Below, one piece after another: positions 35,301 to 45,400 of a stretch of DNA of 64,000 nucleotides (positions within the stretch are counted from its first letter, which is position 1; every line of letters begins with the position of its first letter). The notes under the pieces are model-generated. The model was not told the origin of the DNA and did not search any database. It saw nothing but the letters and a program-made list of their open reading frames with translations. The stretch is from Amoebophrya sp. A120 (lineage: Eukaryota; Protista; Dinoflagellata): assembly GCA_905178155.1 (NCBI GenBank), contig CAJINV010000007.1, positions 68,799-132,798 of the forward strand. The letters are read 5' to 3'. The translations under genes were made by a program, and so were the position numbers.

Positions 35301-38300
35301 TTATTACAAAACAACGACTCGTCCTGCAGGAGCTACTGTGGCTCCCGCAACACGAAGATGGATCTGATACACTACTTATCCGAAATGAACAAAAAAAAAG
35401 CCGAGAACCTTTGTGCTCGTATCAAATGCAAATATCGATCTGGGTCTGGCAGTAGAGTATAGGAGTTTGTCATGCATTTTCTGGATCACACAGATGTTGG
35501 TCTCAAATGCACGCAACATCACTACAGGTTTTGCGCAGGCCTCTCGATGCTTGTTCCGCATGAGCAAATTCCTACTTGCGTAGCAAAAGATGGGCAGCGT
35601 TATGCGCTCATGCAAGACAAATTTCTGTGTGATCCAGATGGTGCATCATAAGTTCGAACTTTTATTCCAGACCCAGACATGAAATTTATTGCAATGCATA
35701 GCTCGCCTGTGCCCGTTCCACCGCTGCTTTCTATTCTGCGTAAAAACGTCCCTACCCCATAGTTGTCATGCAAATCTGCATGCTGAAAATGTTTCTCGTG
35801 CGGAGCCCCATGAGAAGCATAGTCTTGTAGTCGTGTTTTAGAATTTGCCATGCTCTAATCAGCATAATATGCTACATCTGTGAAGCTGATAAACTAATCT
35901 AAACAGGATTACAACACTACGAGGATCGAGACTTGTCACGCGCAACAGCCAAAGCTTGTTGCTTTTTTCTCTAGCAGATTTCCCATCTTGACTCTGGGGT
36001 CGTAGGGATGTTTTTCCTCAGGATAATTTCAAAACCTTGTTTTGTCGTTTTGCGCCCTTGATCTGATCCTCGAGAAAAAGCCGGTCTTCCTCCAGCGCTT
36101 CGGTTTTTGCTCGCCACTTGTCCACTTCGCGCTTGTGATATCAGAATGTACAACTTCCCCCCCCTGCTCTTCCCGTGATTTGCATGGCATGATGAGCAAC
36201 ACAAGCAAACGGGAGATATGTGGCTTCCGCATGACAAACCTATCTGCACGCGGATTGTAGTCGTGGTGTTTGAGGTACTTGTTTTTCCAAGATTTGTCAT
36301 GCGGACAGTGCCTAAAGGGACCAGGGTGTAGATTTAGTATGTTGCATGACAACTACTGAGCGGGGGACGTCGAATTCCGCAGTCTCATATGTGCTGCTTG
36401 CACAGTTCATCGAGCCGCAGAGCCTCCGTCATGAACCACTCCAGCTCCTACAGAAGATATGCAAGAAGAATAAGAAAGCTGTGTAAGTGTCAATGTGTGT
36501 TGCAGAGGATGCAAGACGCCTACACTTGTCATGCTGGACATGCGTCAGAGGTTCTTCTTGTAAGTGTTTTCACGTACTAGCTACGCATGAGAGGTTTTCT
36601 CTGTCATGCAGAGCAAATTTGTGATGCTGTTCCTCGAAGAAAGTAATACACTTACACACTTTTTTCCTGGATAAAAGAGTTGTATGTTTTACTGCTAGAA
36701 CCAATTCGCGACTTTGACTTTCATGCAACTAGTAATTATCCAAAGCTTCAGAAATAATTTTCACGCAGATGACATTTGATTTTGTTCTCATCTTCACAAC
36801 AGCCATTTTTGTCATCATGCGGAGCATCAAGTACTCGCTCAAGCAGGACGAGAAGCGCCTCACCTTTTCTATCCTATGGAAAAACGTTCCCACCCCATTT
36901 TTGTCATGCAGTAAACCTGCACGCTTAAAATGTTTCTCATGCAGAGCTTCATGAGAGGCGTTTTCTAGTCGTTTTATTGATATTTGTGGTGCCCGAAGCA
37001 GCATCTTAGAAATAGATCTGTGATGCTGGTGAACTAGGTAAACCGGATTATTACACGACTACGAGGCCAAAAAACCTGTCATGCGCAACAACCAAAGCTG
37101 GTTGATTTGTCTAGCAGACTTACAACTGCCAACTTGAATATGGGGAGGTGGGGACGTCTTTACACCGGATATTTTCCAAGCTTTGGATTTTCGAGTCCCT
37201 TCGGATCTTATCCTGTGCAAAAGTATCGCACTCGTATTTTGCAATCATGCATTACAAATCTTTTTCTTTTTAAGGCAAATCCGCATTACAAATTCAATTT
37301 CTCACGCTGAGGAGATTTGTGATGCATTTATACGAGTACGATACTTTTGCATTTCATAGGTCTTCAAAATTTCCTCATCCGCGCGCTCCTTTAACTGCCG
37401 AAATTCCCTCTGTATGTTGTACATGTGCGTTTTGTAGGCGAGGAAAAAATCTCCGTTATGCACAATTGCAAAAGTTCTTGTATCGTGCTTTTGTTGTATT
37501 TACTGGTGCATTGCATCGCAAATGATTTTCTCAAGAACTACAAAAACGCAGTTTGTCATGCTGGATTCAAGTGAATTTAAGTAGGCACGGATCTGTCCTC
37601 GTGGAGGTGGACGAAGATGATCATTGCAGTGTATTTTAATTCCACCGAGCACGATACAACTTTTGCAAAGGATATCTTTCATGCTCCTGCAGCAGCGTAC
37701 TGACGGATACGTCTAAGTTATCCCACGAAAGAGTGTTACAGTTACACATGTGTTGGCAATTCAGCAACACAAATTTTCTCTGCATGAGAGGAAAAACTTG
37801 CAATGCGCAGACCATAATGGGAAACACTAATGAAATGAAGCTCGGAAGCATGTCTGGCATGTCAGAGGTTGTCTGTCATGCTGAGCTTGCAAAACAATGT
37901 GTAACTGTAACACTTTTTTCTCGTGATATAAGTTCTGCGCCAAGGACTTCAGCTTCGCTTATGGATTGCAAAAGTGGCCGATATTAATACTCGTGGTAAA
38001 AGTAATTCATAATCATACTCACGTCACTGAAATAATGCACGGGCATGACAAATATTCTTCCAAATTTGAAACAGCACTATAGTACTAATTCCAACTTTTA
38101 GTCTTCTTCCCGAAAATAAAATTTGTGATGTAATAATTCCTACCAGGACGATAGCGATACTACTTTTGCGATGCATATCTCTGCCAGGGACACTATTCTC
38201 GGCCCGGCACCGGGGACGGACGCGAGCACCAGTTTCTTCTCCTTTACGGACGTGAGGTATGGGAGTGCACACCTCCCGCTGCTCCCCCTTCTTTGTACTA

Positions 38301-38547
38301 TAGCATGAACACCAGCAATACAAACCCCAGCACACGTAGAGCCTCTGCATGACAAATGTGTCGTGCGCCCAGTGTAGTACTGTTTCTACTTCCGAAATTT
38401 GTCATGCACACAATGCCACGAGACAGCGACTGGATTTGGCGTCTTGCATGACAAATGAGAGGGAAGGGGACGAGTTGTGCACTGTCATATGAGAAACGTT
38501 TCCTGCTGGTTAGCCGTGCCCGGCATGGAGGAAGCCGTGTCCGCCAT
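32365..38547 (-). CDS. Conserved-looking coiled-coil protein (possibly flagellar/basal-body associated) carrying 16 TIR elements and canonical introns
   Basis: Spliced: [26 protein letters not shown]...[112 protein letters not shown]...[52 protein letters not shown]...[21 protein letters not shown]...SA*. One frameshift near 36078; 35200-35410 and 33950-34097 unresolved. The function is a recollection-level inference. Confidence 0.8.
32418..33614. mobile_element. Introner family C expanded by a nested repeat array
   Basis: Family C ends; DR TGGGA/CGGGA; removal gives EKLFP-QRAGLP. Confidence 0.8.
32857..33492. repeat. ~133-bp tandem repeat, ~4.8 copies, each with an internal hairpin
   Basis: Unit starts near 32857, 32990, 33123, 33251, 33385; stem GGGCGGTATGGACTTTCTACGCC / GGCGTAGAAAGTCCATACCGCCC. 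Confidence 0.92.
33646..33906. mobile_element. Introner family E (TGCACAACTYCCC subterminal)
   Basis: Imperfect TIR; DR CCCGC/CCAGC; related to 36139, 38258, 45448. Confidence 0.75.
34156..34374. mobile_element. Introner (same family as 610-818)
   Basis: TIR; DR TCCAA. Confidence 0.88.
34407..34552. mobile_element. Introner family A
   Basis: TIR; DR TCGGC. Confidence 0.9.
34607..34872. mobile_element. Introner family C
   Basis: Imperfect TIR; DR eroded GGCAT/GACAC; frame restored. Confidence 0.78.
34909..35080. mobile_element. Introner (degenerate, 610-818-like)
   Basis: DR ATACG/ATAGG; joins EKIAY-VDAIRR. Confidence 0.72.
35420..35700. mobile_element. Introner family B
   Basis: TCTGGGTCTGG / CCAGACCCAGA ends; DR GCTCG. 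Confidence 0.85.
35732..36025. mobile_element. Introner family D
   Basis: TIR; DR CTTTC/ATTTC. Confidence 0.85.
36139..36389. mobile_element. Introner family E (degenerate)
   Basis: DR TGTGA/TGTGC; joins CKQH-KREVD. Confidence 0.75.
36448..36863 (-). other. Canonical GT-AG intron
   Basis: AAG|GTGAGG ... TTCTGTAG|GAG joins SLEK to ELEWF. Confidence 0.8.
36458..36673. mobile_element. TIR element (GTGTAAGTGT family) lying inside a canonical intron
   Basis: DR GAAGA/AAAGA; related to 41190-41408. Confidence 0.75.
36870..37171. mobile_element. Introner family D
   Basis: TIR; DR TTTTC. Confidence 0.88.
37209..37358. mobile_element. Introner family A
   Basis: TIR; DR GATCT/GGTCT. Confidence 0.88.
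37457..37674. mobile_element. Introner (TGCAAAAGTTGTATCGTGCT type)
   Basis: TIR; DR eroded TCCGT/TCTTT; joins HER-DFFLAY. Confidence 0.8.
37719..37928. mobile_element. Introner (GTGTTACAGTTACAC type)
   Basis: TIR; DR TAAGT. Confidence 0.88.
37960..38177. mobile_element. Introner family A-like (degenerate)
   Basis: DR TCGCT/TCTCT; joins SLAE-KLKSL. Confidence 0.78.
38258..38489. mobile_element. Introner family E
   Basis: TIR; DR TGAGG/TGAGA; joins ETFL-TSVKEK. Confidence 0.8.
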
Positions 38548-39293
38548 GTTGGGCAGTGGTCCTCCTGGTCGTGTGTAATTCTAATTGCGGTGGCAATCAA
38601 ATATAGATCGCTGCGGTGGAAAAAGAAATATACGACCCTCCTGAAAGCAGCACTTGCGCAGTTTTATTGAGTACTTATGCTTTCATCAGGCAGGCGAGAA
38701 ATAGTTGATGTTGCCGCCCAAAGTCACCATCGTCATTGTCATATCGAGTCATCATAACATCTTCGATTTTCTTCATTCATCTACATCTACTAAGTACACC
38801 CATGGGCATCAACAAGGTTACACGATTAACACTGTTCTTCGCCTTCTTGCTAAGGGCTAGATCTACCAGCCTGCTGCAATTCAAATCGTGGAGCGGCAGG
38901 CTTCTCCTGCCTACTTGTTACAACCGCTCGGGCTCGACGAGCTTGGGGGCGTTCTTCTCAGTTTTTGCAGCATCTTGCTCCCGCTCATCTCCACACCTAT
39001 CAAAAATTACTGTTTGATGCACCTGCCAGTACAAATTACTCACTGCATTTCGTACTTACTGCTCGGCTAGGTAGTATAATCTTCTCATTCACCAGAGGAC
39101 TTTGCTTCTGATTTTTTTTGCTGTTCCCCCTCCCAAAAGCAAGAACATTCTTCGTCCTAGAAGAAGCTTGTAGCCATCCGTTCGATGTTGTTGGCGCTCG
39201 TATTAAAAGGGAGTTCTGCTGCAGCTGTGTGGCTGGCTCGGTCAAAAAGTAGTTGCTTGTAGTTCATCTGGTTCATCTGCATCAGAAATATTA

Positions 39294-40929
39294 GAGCGGG
39301 GTAACTAATTCTGACGAGTTGTGGCCGTCCCACTTCTCACCCGCCCGGCCGGGTGGGTGACTAGTGGGACGAAACCAGGATCCTGACCAGCTGGACCTCC
39401 CCCCCTTGTTCGATTTGCGCCACCAAGACCCGAACTACGGGGGGGGCCTCCCCCCCTTGTTCGGTTCGCGCCGTGAAGATCCCAACCCGGGGGGGGCCTC
39501 CCCCCCTTGATCGGTTTGCGCCATCAAGATCCGAACAGGGGGGGGCCTCCCCCCCCTTGTTCGGTTTGCACCACCAAGATCCGAACAGGGGGTGGACCTC
39601 CCCCCCTTGTTCGGTTTGCGCCGTCAAGATCCCAACCCGGGGGGGGGGGCCTCCCCCCTTGTTCGGTTTGGGCCGTCAAGATCCCAACCCGGGGGGGGGC
39701 CTCCCCCCCTTGTTCGGTTTGCGCCATCAAGATCCGAACAGGGGGGGGGGCCTCCCCCCCTTGTTCGGTTTGCGCCATCCAGATCCGAACAAGGGGGGAC
39801 CTCTCCCCCTTGTCCGATTTGCGCCACCAAAATCCGAACCAGGGGGGGCCCCCCCTTGTTCGGTTTGCGCCACCAAGATCCGAGCGGGGGAGGGGCCTCC
39901 CTCCTCCCCTTGTTCGGCTTGCGCCGTCAAGATCCGAACAGGGGGGGGACCTCCCCCCCTTGTTCGTTTTGCGCCATCAAGATCCGAACAAGGGGGGCCC
40001 CCCCCCTTGTTTCGATTTGCGCCACCAAGATCCGAACAAGGGGGGACCCCCCCCCTTGTTCGATTTGTGCCACCAAGATCCGAACTAGGGGGGGGCCCCC
40101 CCTTGTTCGGTTTGCGCCGCCCAGATCCATCCCAACCCGGGGACGGCCTCCCCCCCTTGTTCGGTTTGCGCCATCAAGATCCGAACAGGGGGGGGGGGCC
40201 TCCCCCCCTTGTTCGGTTTGCGCCATCAAGATCCGAACAAGGGGGGGGGGCCTCTCCCCCTTGTCCGATTTGCGCCACCAAGATCCGAACTAGGCCCGCC
40301 CCCCTTGTTCGGGTTGCGCCAGGGGGGGACCCTCCCCCCTTGTTCGATTTGCGCCACCAAGATCCGAACTAGGGGGCCCCCCCCTTGTTCGGTTTGCGCC
40401 TTCAAGATCCCAACCCGGGGGGCCCCCCCCCTTGTTCGATTTGCGCCACCAAGACCCGAACTAGGGGGGGGCCTCACCCCCTTGTTCGGTTTGCGCCATC
40501 AAGATCCCAACCCGGGGGGGGCCTCCCCCCTTGCTCGGTTTGCGCCATCAAGATCCGAACAGGGGGGGGCCTCCCCTCGTTGTTCGGTTTGCGCCGTCAA
40601 GATCCCAACCCCGGAGGGGCCTCGCTCCCCCCCTTGTTCGGTTTGCGCCACCAAGACCCGAACTAGGGGGGGTCTCCCCCCCTTGTTCGATTTGCGCCGT
40701 CAAGATCCCAGCCCGGGGGGGCCTCCCCCCGTTGTTCGGTATGCGCCACCAAGACCCGAACAAGGGGGGCCCCCCCCCTTGTTCGGTTTGCGCCATCAAG
40801 ATCCCAACCCGGGGGGGCCAAGATCCGGCCAGCTGGTCAGGATCCTGGTTTCGTCCCACTAGTCACCCACCCGGCCGGGCGGGTGAGAAGTGGGACGGCC
40901 ACAACTCGTCAGAATTTGTTACCCCGCTC
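39294..40929. mobile_element. Non-autonomous DNA transposon, PIF/Harbinger-like
   Basis: ~101-bp near-perfect TIRs (39294-39394, 40829-40929) starting GAGCGGGGTAAC; TTA on both flanks; no coding capacity. Confidence 0.85.
39396..40820. repeat. ~41-43-bp palindromic tandem repeat, roughly 34 copies
   Basis: Consensus CCCCCCTTGTTCGGTTTGCGCCAYCAAGATCCGAACAAGGGGGG; no unique spacers. Confidence 0.95.
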
Positions 40930-41091
40930 TTAGAAGTGACAACATCTTCTCCTGCAGACGGGCGCGGCAGAGCAGCTACTCATGTTCAGCTGCGAAACTT
41001 TTGTGGAAGTTCTAAGTACAGCTAGCGCAGTACTAGATGGCCTGCTCGTCGTGTAGTAGAAGTCCCATTTCGTACGACTAGTTTAATATCG

Positions 41092-42280
41092 CTACTTTCG
41101 AAAAAAACCCGCCGTCCAATCATGTTTTGGCTTTTTCAAGTTATTCCATTTCTCAGTGCTTATCGCAGGAAGGTGTCGTGATGTTGTAGTATCCAAGAAA
41201 AAAGTGTGTAAGTGTAACTTTGTAGGAAGATCAGCATCTTCACGAATTCGTTTTGCATTACAGGGAAAACCTGTCATGCGCAGCTAGTACGTGGAAACAC
41301 CTTCTATGAAAGCGGCCTATGACGCACCTCTAGCATGACAAGTGTAACTTAACAGTTTAGCATTTCCTGCATCACAGACTTACACTTACACAGTTTTTTC
41401 CTTGCATATGTAGAAAACTCCAAATCTTCTGCGTCATCACTTCGGCCTTGGGGGAGATTCCGGTGCCCCCGTGCCCGCCGTCGCGCTCCCGTTCAGAAGC
41501 GGCACCGTGCCCCCGCCTGGAAATCCGGCGGTGCTGGTTGAGAGGACGCTGTCCTTGGTTGCATTCACCAAGAGATTATGCATTGCAAAACTATGTAAAT
41601 CGCTATCGTACTACTGGGAATTGCCTTTGTACAAATTTTCTCAGAATAATATAACACAAATGGAATTTGTAAAAATGCTGATTCAGCTACAAAAGTCGAT
41701 TTGTCATGCGAGGTTGCGATTACTCCGAGTACGTTAATATACTTTTGCAGTGCATAGAGGTGCTGGTTTGTTTGGTTGGACGCAGAAAGCGGCTCCGGCG
41801 GGGATCGAATGCCGCTGGCTGTACTTATCAAATGTAAAAATGTCTGGGTCTGGAAGATTGCCAGGCTTTTCATGCACATTTTGCATGACTTCTGATGTCT
41901 GTGATGCATGCCCTAGCATCACAGATTTTGTGAGGGCTTCCCGATGCCTATACCGCATGACAAATGCTCTTTCCGTGTACCAAAACTTGGACTCCCTTTG
42001 CTGCTCATGCAATACAAATTTTTTTTAGAATCCAAAATCAGCATGACAAGTTGCATTCTTCCAGACCCAGACATTTTTTACAGTTGATAGCACTAGTACT
42101 CACACCATGGTACAGCTGCCCGTTCTGTAGTCTTCTCGACGCGGTGGTGGGGTCCTCTCCTGCTGCAACCGCGGACGAGGGAGATGAGAACATAAAGTCG
42201 TGCAGGGAGCGGAGAACTGTCTGCGCCACCGAACCCCCGGATCCACCTGTAGTGGGGTCGTGTGTTGAGGAATCCGACAT
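41092..42280 (-). CDS. Probable low-complexity coding exons (separate gene or tail of the 4-TM gene)
   Basis: MSDSSTHDP...VSTSA-ASGIRSPPE...NQHL-LVNATKDSV... is in frame after removing two elements; 3' end ambiguous. Confidence 0.4.
41190..41408. mobile_element. Introner-type TIR element (GTGTAAGTGTAA family)
   Basis: TIR; DR TGTAG. Confidence 0.85.
41577..41756. mobile_element. Introner family A-like
   Basis: TIR; DR GAGAT/GAGGT. Confidence 0.8.
41826..42089. mobile_element. Introner family B
   Basis: TIR; DR GTACT/GCACT; very similar to 8052-8322. Confidence 0.9.
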
Positions 42281-42489
42281 ACGTTGCTATTGCTATAATA
42301 GTACAACATCGCATTTATTAATTATAATTTCACCTTGCTTCTAAACTTTATTCAGAAGTGCTTGTCTTGTAGTTCATCTCAACTTCAACAGCAGGATGTT
42401 TGGACAAACAATAACAAGGGGTGCTGAGCTGCTACAACACGACGCTGCACCAGGTTTTTCTTCTACGACTGCGTCTAGCACGATTTATA

Positions 42490-45400
42490 TCATATGTGAA
42501 TGCTACCGTGCTCCTGCCGCCCATGGGTGGAACTTCCGCCATGCATGTTCTCCTGGTAGATCTCCCTAGTGACGGTGGTGTCGTACAGCCCGTGATGGTA
42601 CTCCCCGCGCTTGGTGTCTCCGCCAGGGTGCGCCGCGGCAGAGGTGCCGCTGCTCCCGCCGCCGCCGAAAAAGGTCGTGAAGGCGTTCGTTTTTGCCGCG
42701 TTCGCGAATTGCGTCGTTTGCTGGTGGTTTTCACGATCCATATAATCCTGGTCGAAGCTAATTGTGGCCGATTCGTCCAAGTCTCCCACTTTCCCCAACT
42801 GTTTCAACGATTCGATCTTCCCGTCCACCAGTGCGTTTTCGTTCTGCAGCGTCTCGATGCTGAATATGACCTACTCAAACGTTACAATCTCAAGCGTTAC
42901 AATAGAATCTGAGATTTGTCTTGCATGATTTTTTTTTTTTTTTTTGCCAGGGCTGGGGGGCAGACTCGAGGACAGTGGTCCTCTCCGCCATGGGCTACCA
43001 CACGATGCACATGCAAAAACTTATTGCCCCAGCCGGATCCGATGCGATCCACAACATATAAAAACACAACCGACATCATATAAAACAGCATATAAATCTT
43101 CAGAGTTCCGGATCTTCGTCGAGTTGTGCGTAGACCGCAGAGCGGACCTACGCAGAATATACCTTTCCCCGTCCACAGCCCTTGCTTTCTATCTTGCAGT
43201 ATGCAGTTTCCAAAAAAAGTAATAGATTTCTTCGCCAGTTTGTTGTTGGTTTAATAATATATTGATATTCTATTTACATTTTTCTCAGCTCTTACTTTTC
43301 AAATTTGTTTACAAATCATATCCAGATCATCTGCTTCTGGGAGCTGACGTAATTGAAAAGTAAGAGCTCCGCATGAAAGAACTGCAAACGTGAATATCAG
43401 CTTTTTCTCTTGAGCCCCCAACAAACTGCTTTACTCTATTACTTGCATTGCGTATTAAATTTTCCTTTCCTCCTGGATAACCGTATTCCACCGTCAGGTC
43501 GACCGTGCGCATGACTAAGACTAACAAGGATACTCAGCTTACATCTACTTATCTTTACTACAAGAAAAGAACTTACTGCAATTTTTATTGCTGTACCTCG
43601 CCTCCTTCTAATTAAGCTTCTTACTTTTTCTCGTTCCAGCCGGTCCGCTAGTACGGAACCACCGCAGCCATGACATCTTTATGCGCTGATGCCGCCGGAG
43701 CCCGTGCATGGTGCCAGACATGGGAAGGACTTGCACCATACCCACGGGAACAGCAGCATCAGCGGGTGGATATCACGTCAACGCTGATCCCGCACTGTTA
43801 TGTTCTTCGTTATTCCTTCCATCAGGGTAGCTGGGACAGGAACATCGACTAGATCATGAGCGCACTTTTGCCGTAGCCCGACGTTGTTGCGCCCTGGGAT
43901 CTCGCCTGGCATTTGTCTACTTTTTCTCCCATCGACATCGTCTCACCACTTGTTGACTAATTGACGGGCAGACCAGGCGGCGGCATGTTCATGATGACGG
44001 CCTGGGAGCGATCCGGCCGGCTGCTTATCGGCAACTCGCTGCTCCTAGCTTTATAGCTGCTTGGAGAGAAAGAGCGTTCATCTCTTATTTTTTTATAATA
44101 GCATGACAAATCTATTCGCAGCAAAATGTTGCAGAATCTCCCTGCGCATTGCATCCTTGGATTTTTGCTATGAATTGCTGCATCTGCGAACACACCTAGA
44201 GAGAAAGTTTTACTTTAGGGGTGCCTCTTTATCATCATTCCACCAGCAGGCTCTACGTCGCCATCAGCATTCATCTAAATTGGTTTTTGCTGTCAGCTCC
44301 ACATCGTTCACATTTCTTTTTCGTTTAGCACCCACCAGATGTCAGCTCCATTGCCGTTCTTTTTTTTTTTATTATCTTCGTTGAAGTTATTTCATGAAAA
44401 AAAGACTAAGCTTTTCGTGATCTGACGCTGTGACTTCCCATGAATCTCCTCCTGTTTCGGTTTCCCCCACCTTGTTCTGCAGCTTGTTCTGCGCCCTCGT
44501 TTTGGTCCGCTTGTTCTTCGTCATCTTGCCCATCACGCTCAGCACCGTCTTCCCCCTCCGCCCGTTGCGCATGGACTGGCACCGCGTTGAAGAAGTTGTT
44601 GATGTCGAGCGCCAATATGTGATTATTTGCGCCGTGTCTGGGGCGTTCTTGGGGTTCTTCTTGTCCTAGCACCCGGCGGATGAGTTGCAGTATTTCCGGT
44701 CCCATCAGTCCTTGTCTTACTCCCATCGGTACTGTAACCGCAATATCATCCCCAAATTGTGCAACAGCTATCTCTTCTTGTGCTGCTTCGTCATTATTTT
44801 CTCGTGCCATTTTTTCCTTTCCTAGCACGCATGACAAATTCATAAAAAATTTCTTCAGCCCCGCTCTGGGGTTGGTCGGGGCAGGGGGTTCAGAAGGGGT
44901 CCTGTCTGTCAGTGCATATCTCCATTCCGTGCATCATGTCACAAAGAAGACATCCGGGTATACAGGTATTCTTGCTCGTAGCAGAAAGGAAACCTTGATC
45001 AAGCTTCAGAGGTAAATAAACACCGGTCAGCACAAGAAGTAAAGGGAAGATCTATGGAGCAGATCCTTTTGGCAGAGGAACTGCGGAACGGGGGGAGGCC
45101 GCAACAAAAGGGGGAAAGAAGGATCCTATATAGGCACAAAACAAAAGACAAAAAGATCACAAAATGCCTTTTCATGATGAACATGACAGACTCGGACAAA
45201 AAGATTTGTCTTGCATGATGAACATGACAGACTCGGAGAGCATTCCACTTTCTGCAATACAAATTTCGCCAGATTGTAGTGCGGATTGGGACTCCAGAAC
45301 TTGTCATGCGCAATACTATGAGAGGTGGCTAGATCATGCCCTTTTGCATCACAGATTTCCATATTCTATTGTAACGTTTGAGATTGTAACACCTGAGCGG

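Noticed and set aside
35200-35310. Stop-codon reassignment (reported in one Amoebophrya strain) to explain in-frame TAA here and near 4395
   Set aside because: Long reconstructed exons elsewhere have no in-frame stops and use CAA/CAG and TGG normally; intron or pseudogene sequence is the simpler explanation.
37405-37456. Canonical AG acceptor at ACATACAG
   Set aside because: The upstream bases translate in frame as [14 protein letters not shown], so this is exon.
39396-40820. CRISPR-like array of palindromic repeats
   Set aside because: No unique spacers, no cas genes, eukaryotic context; the array lies within TIRs with a TTA TSD.
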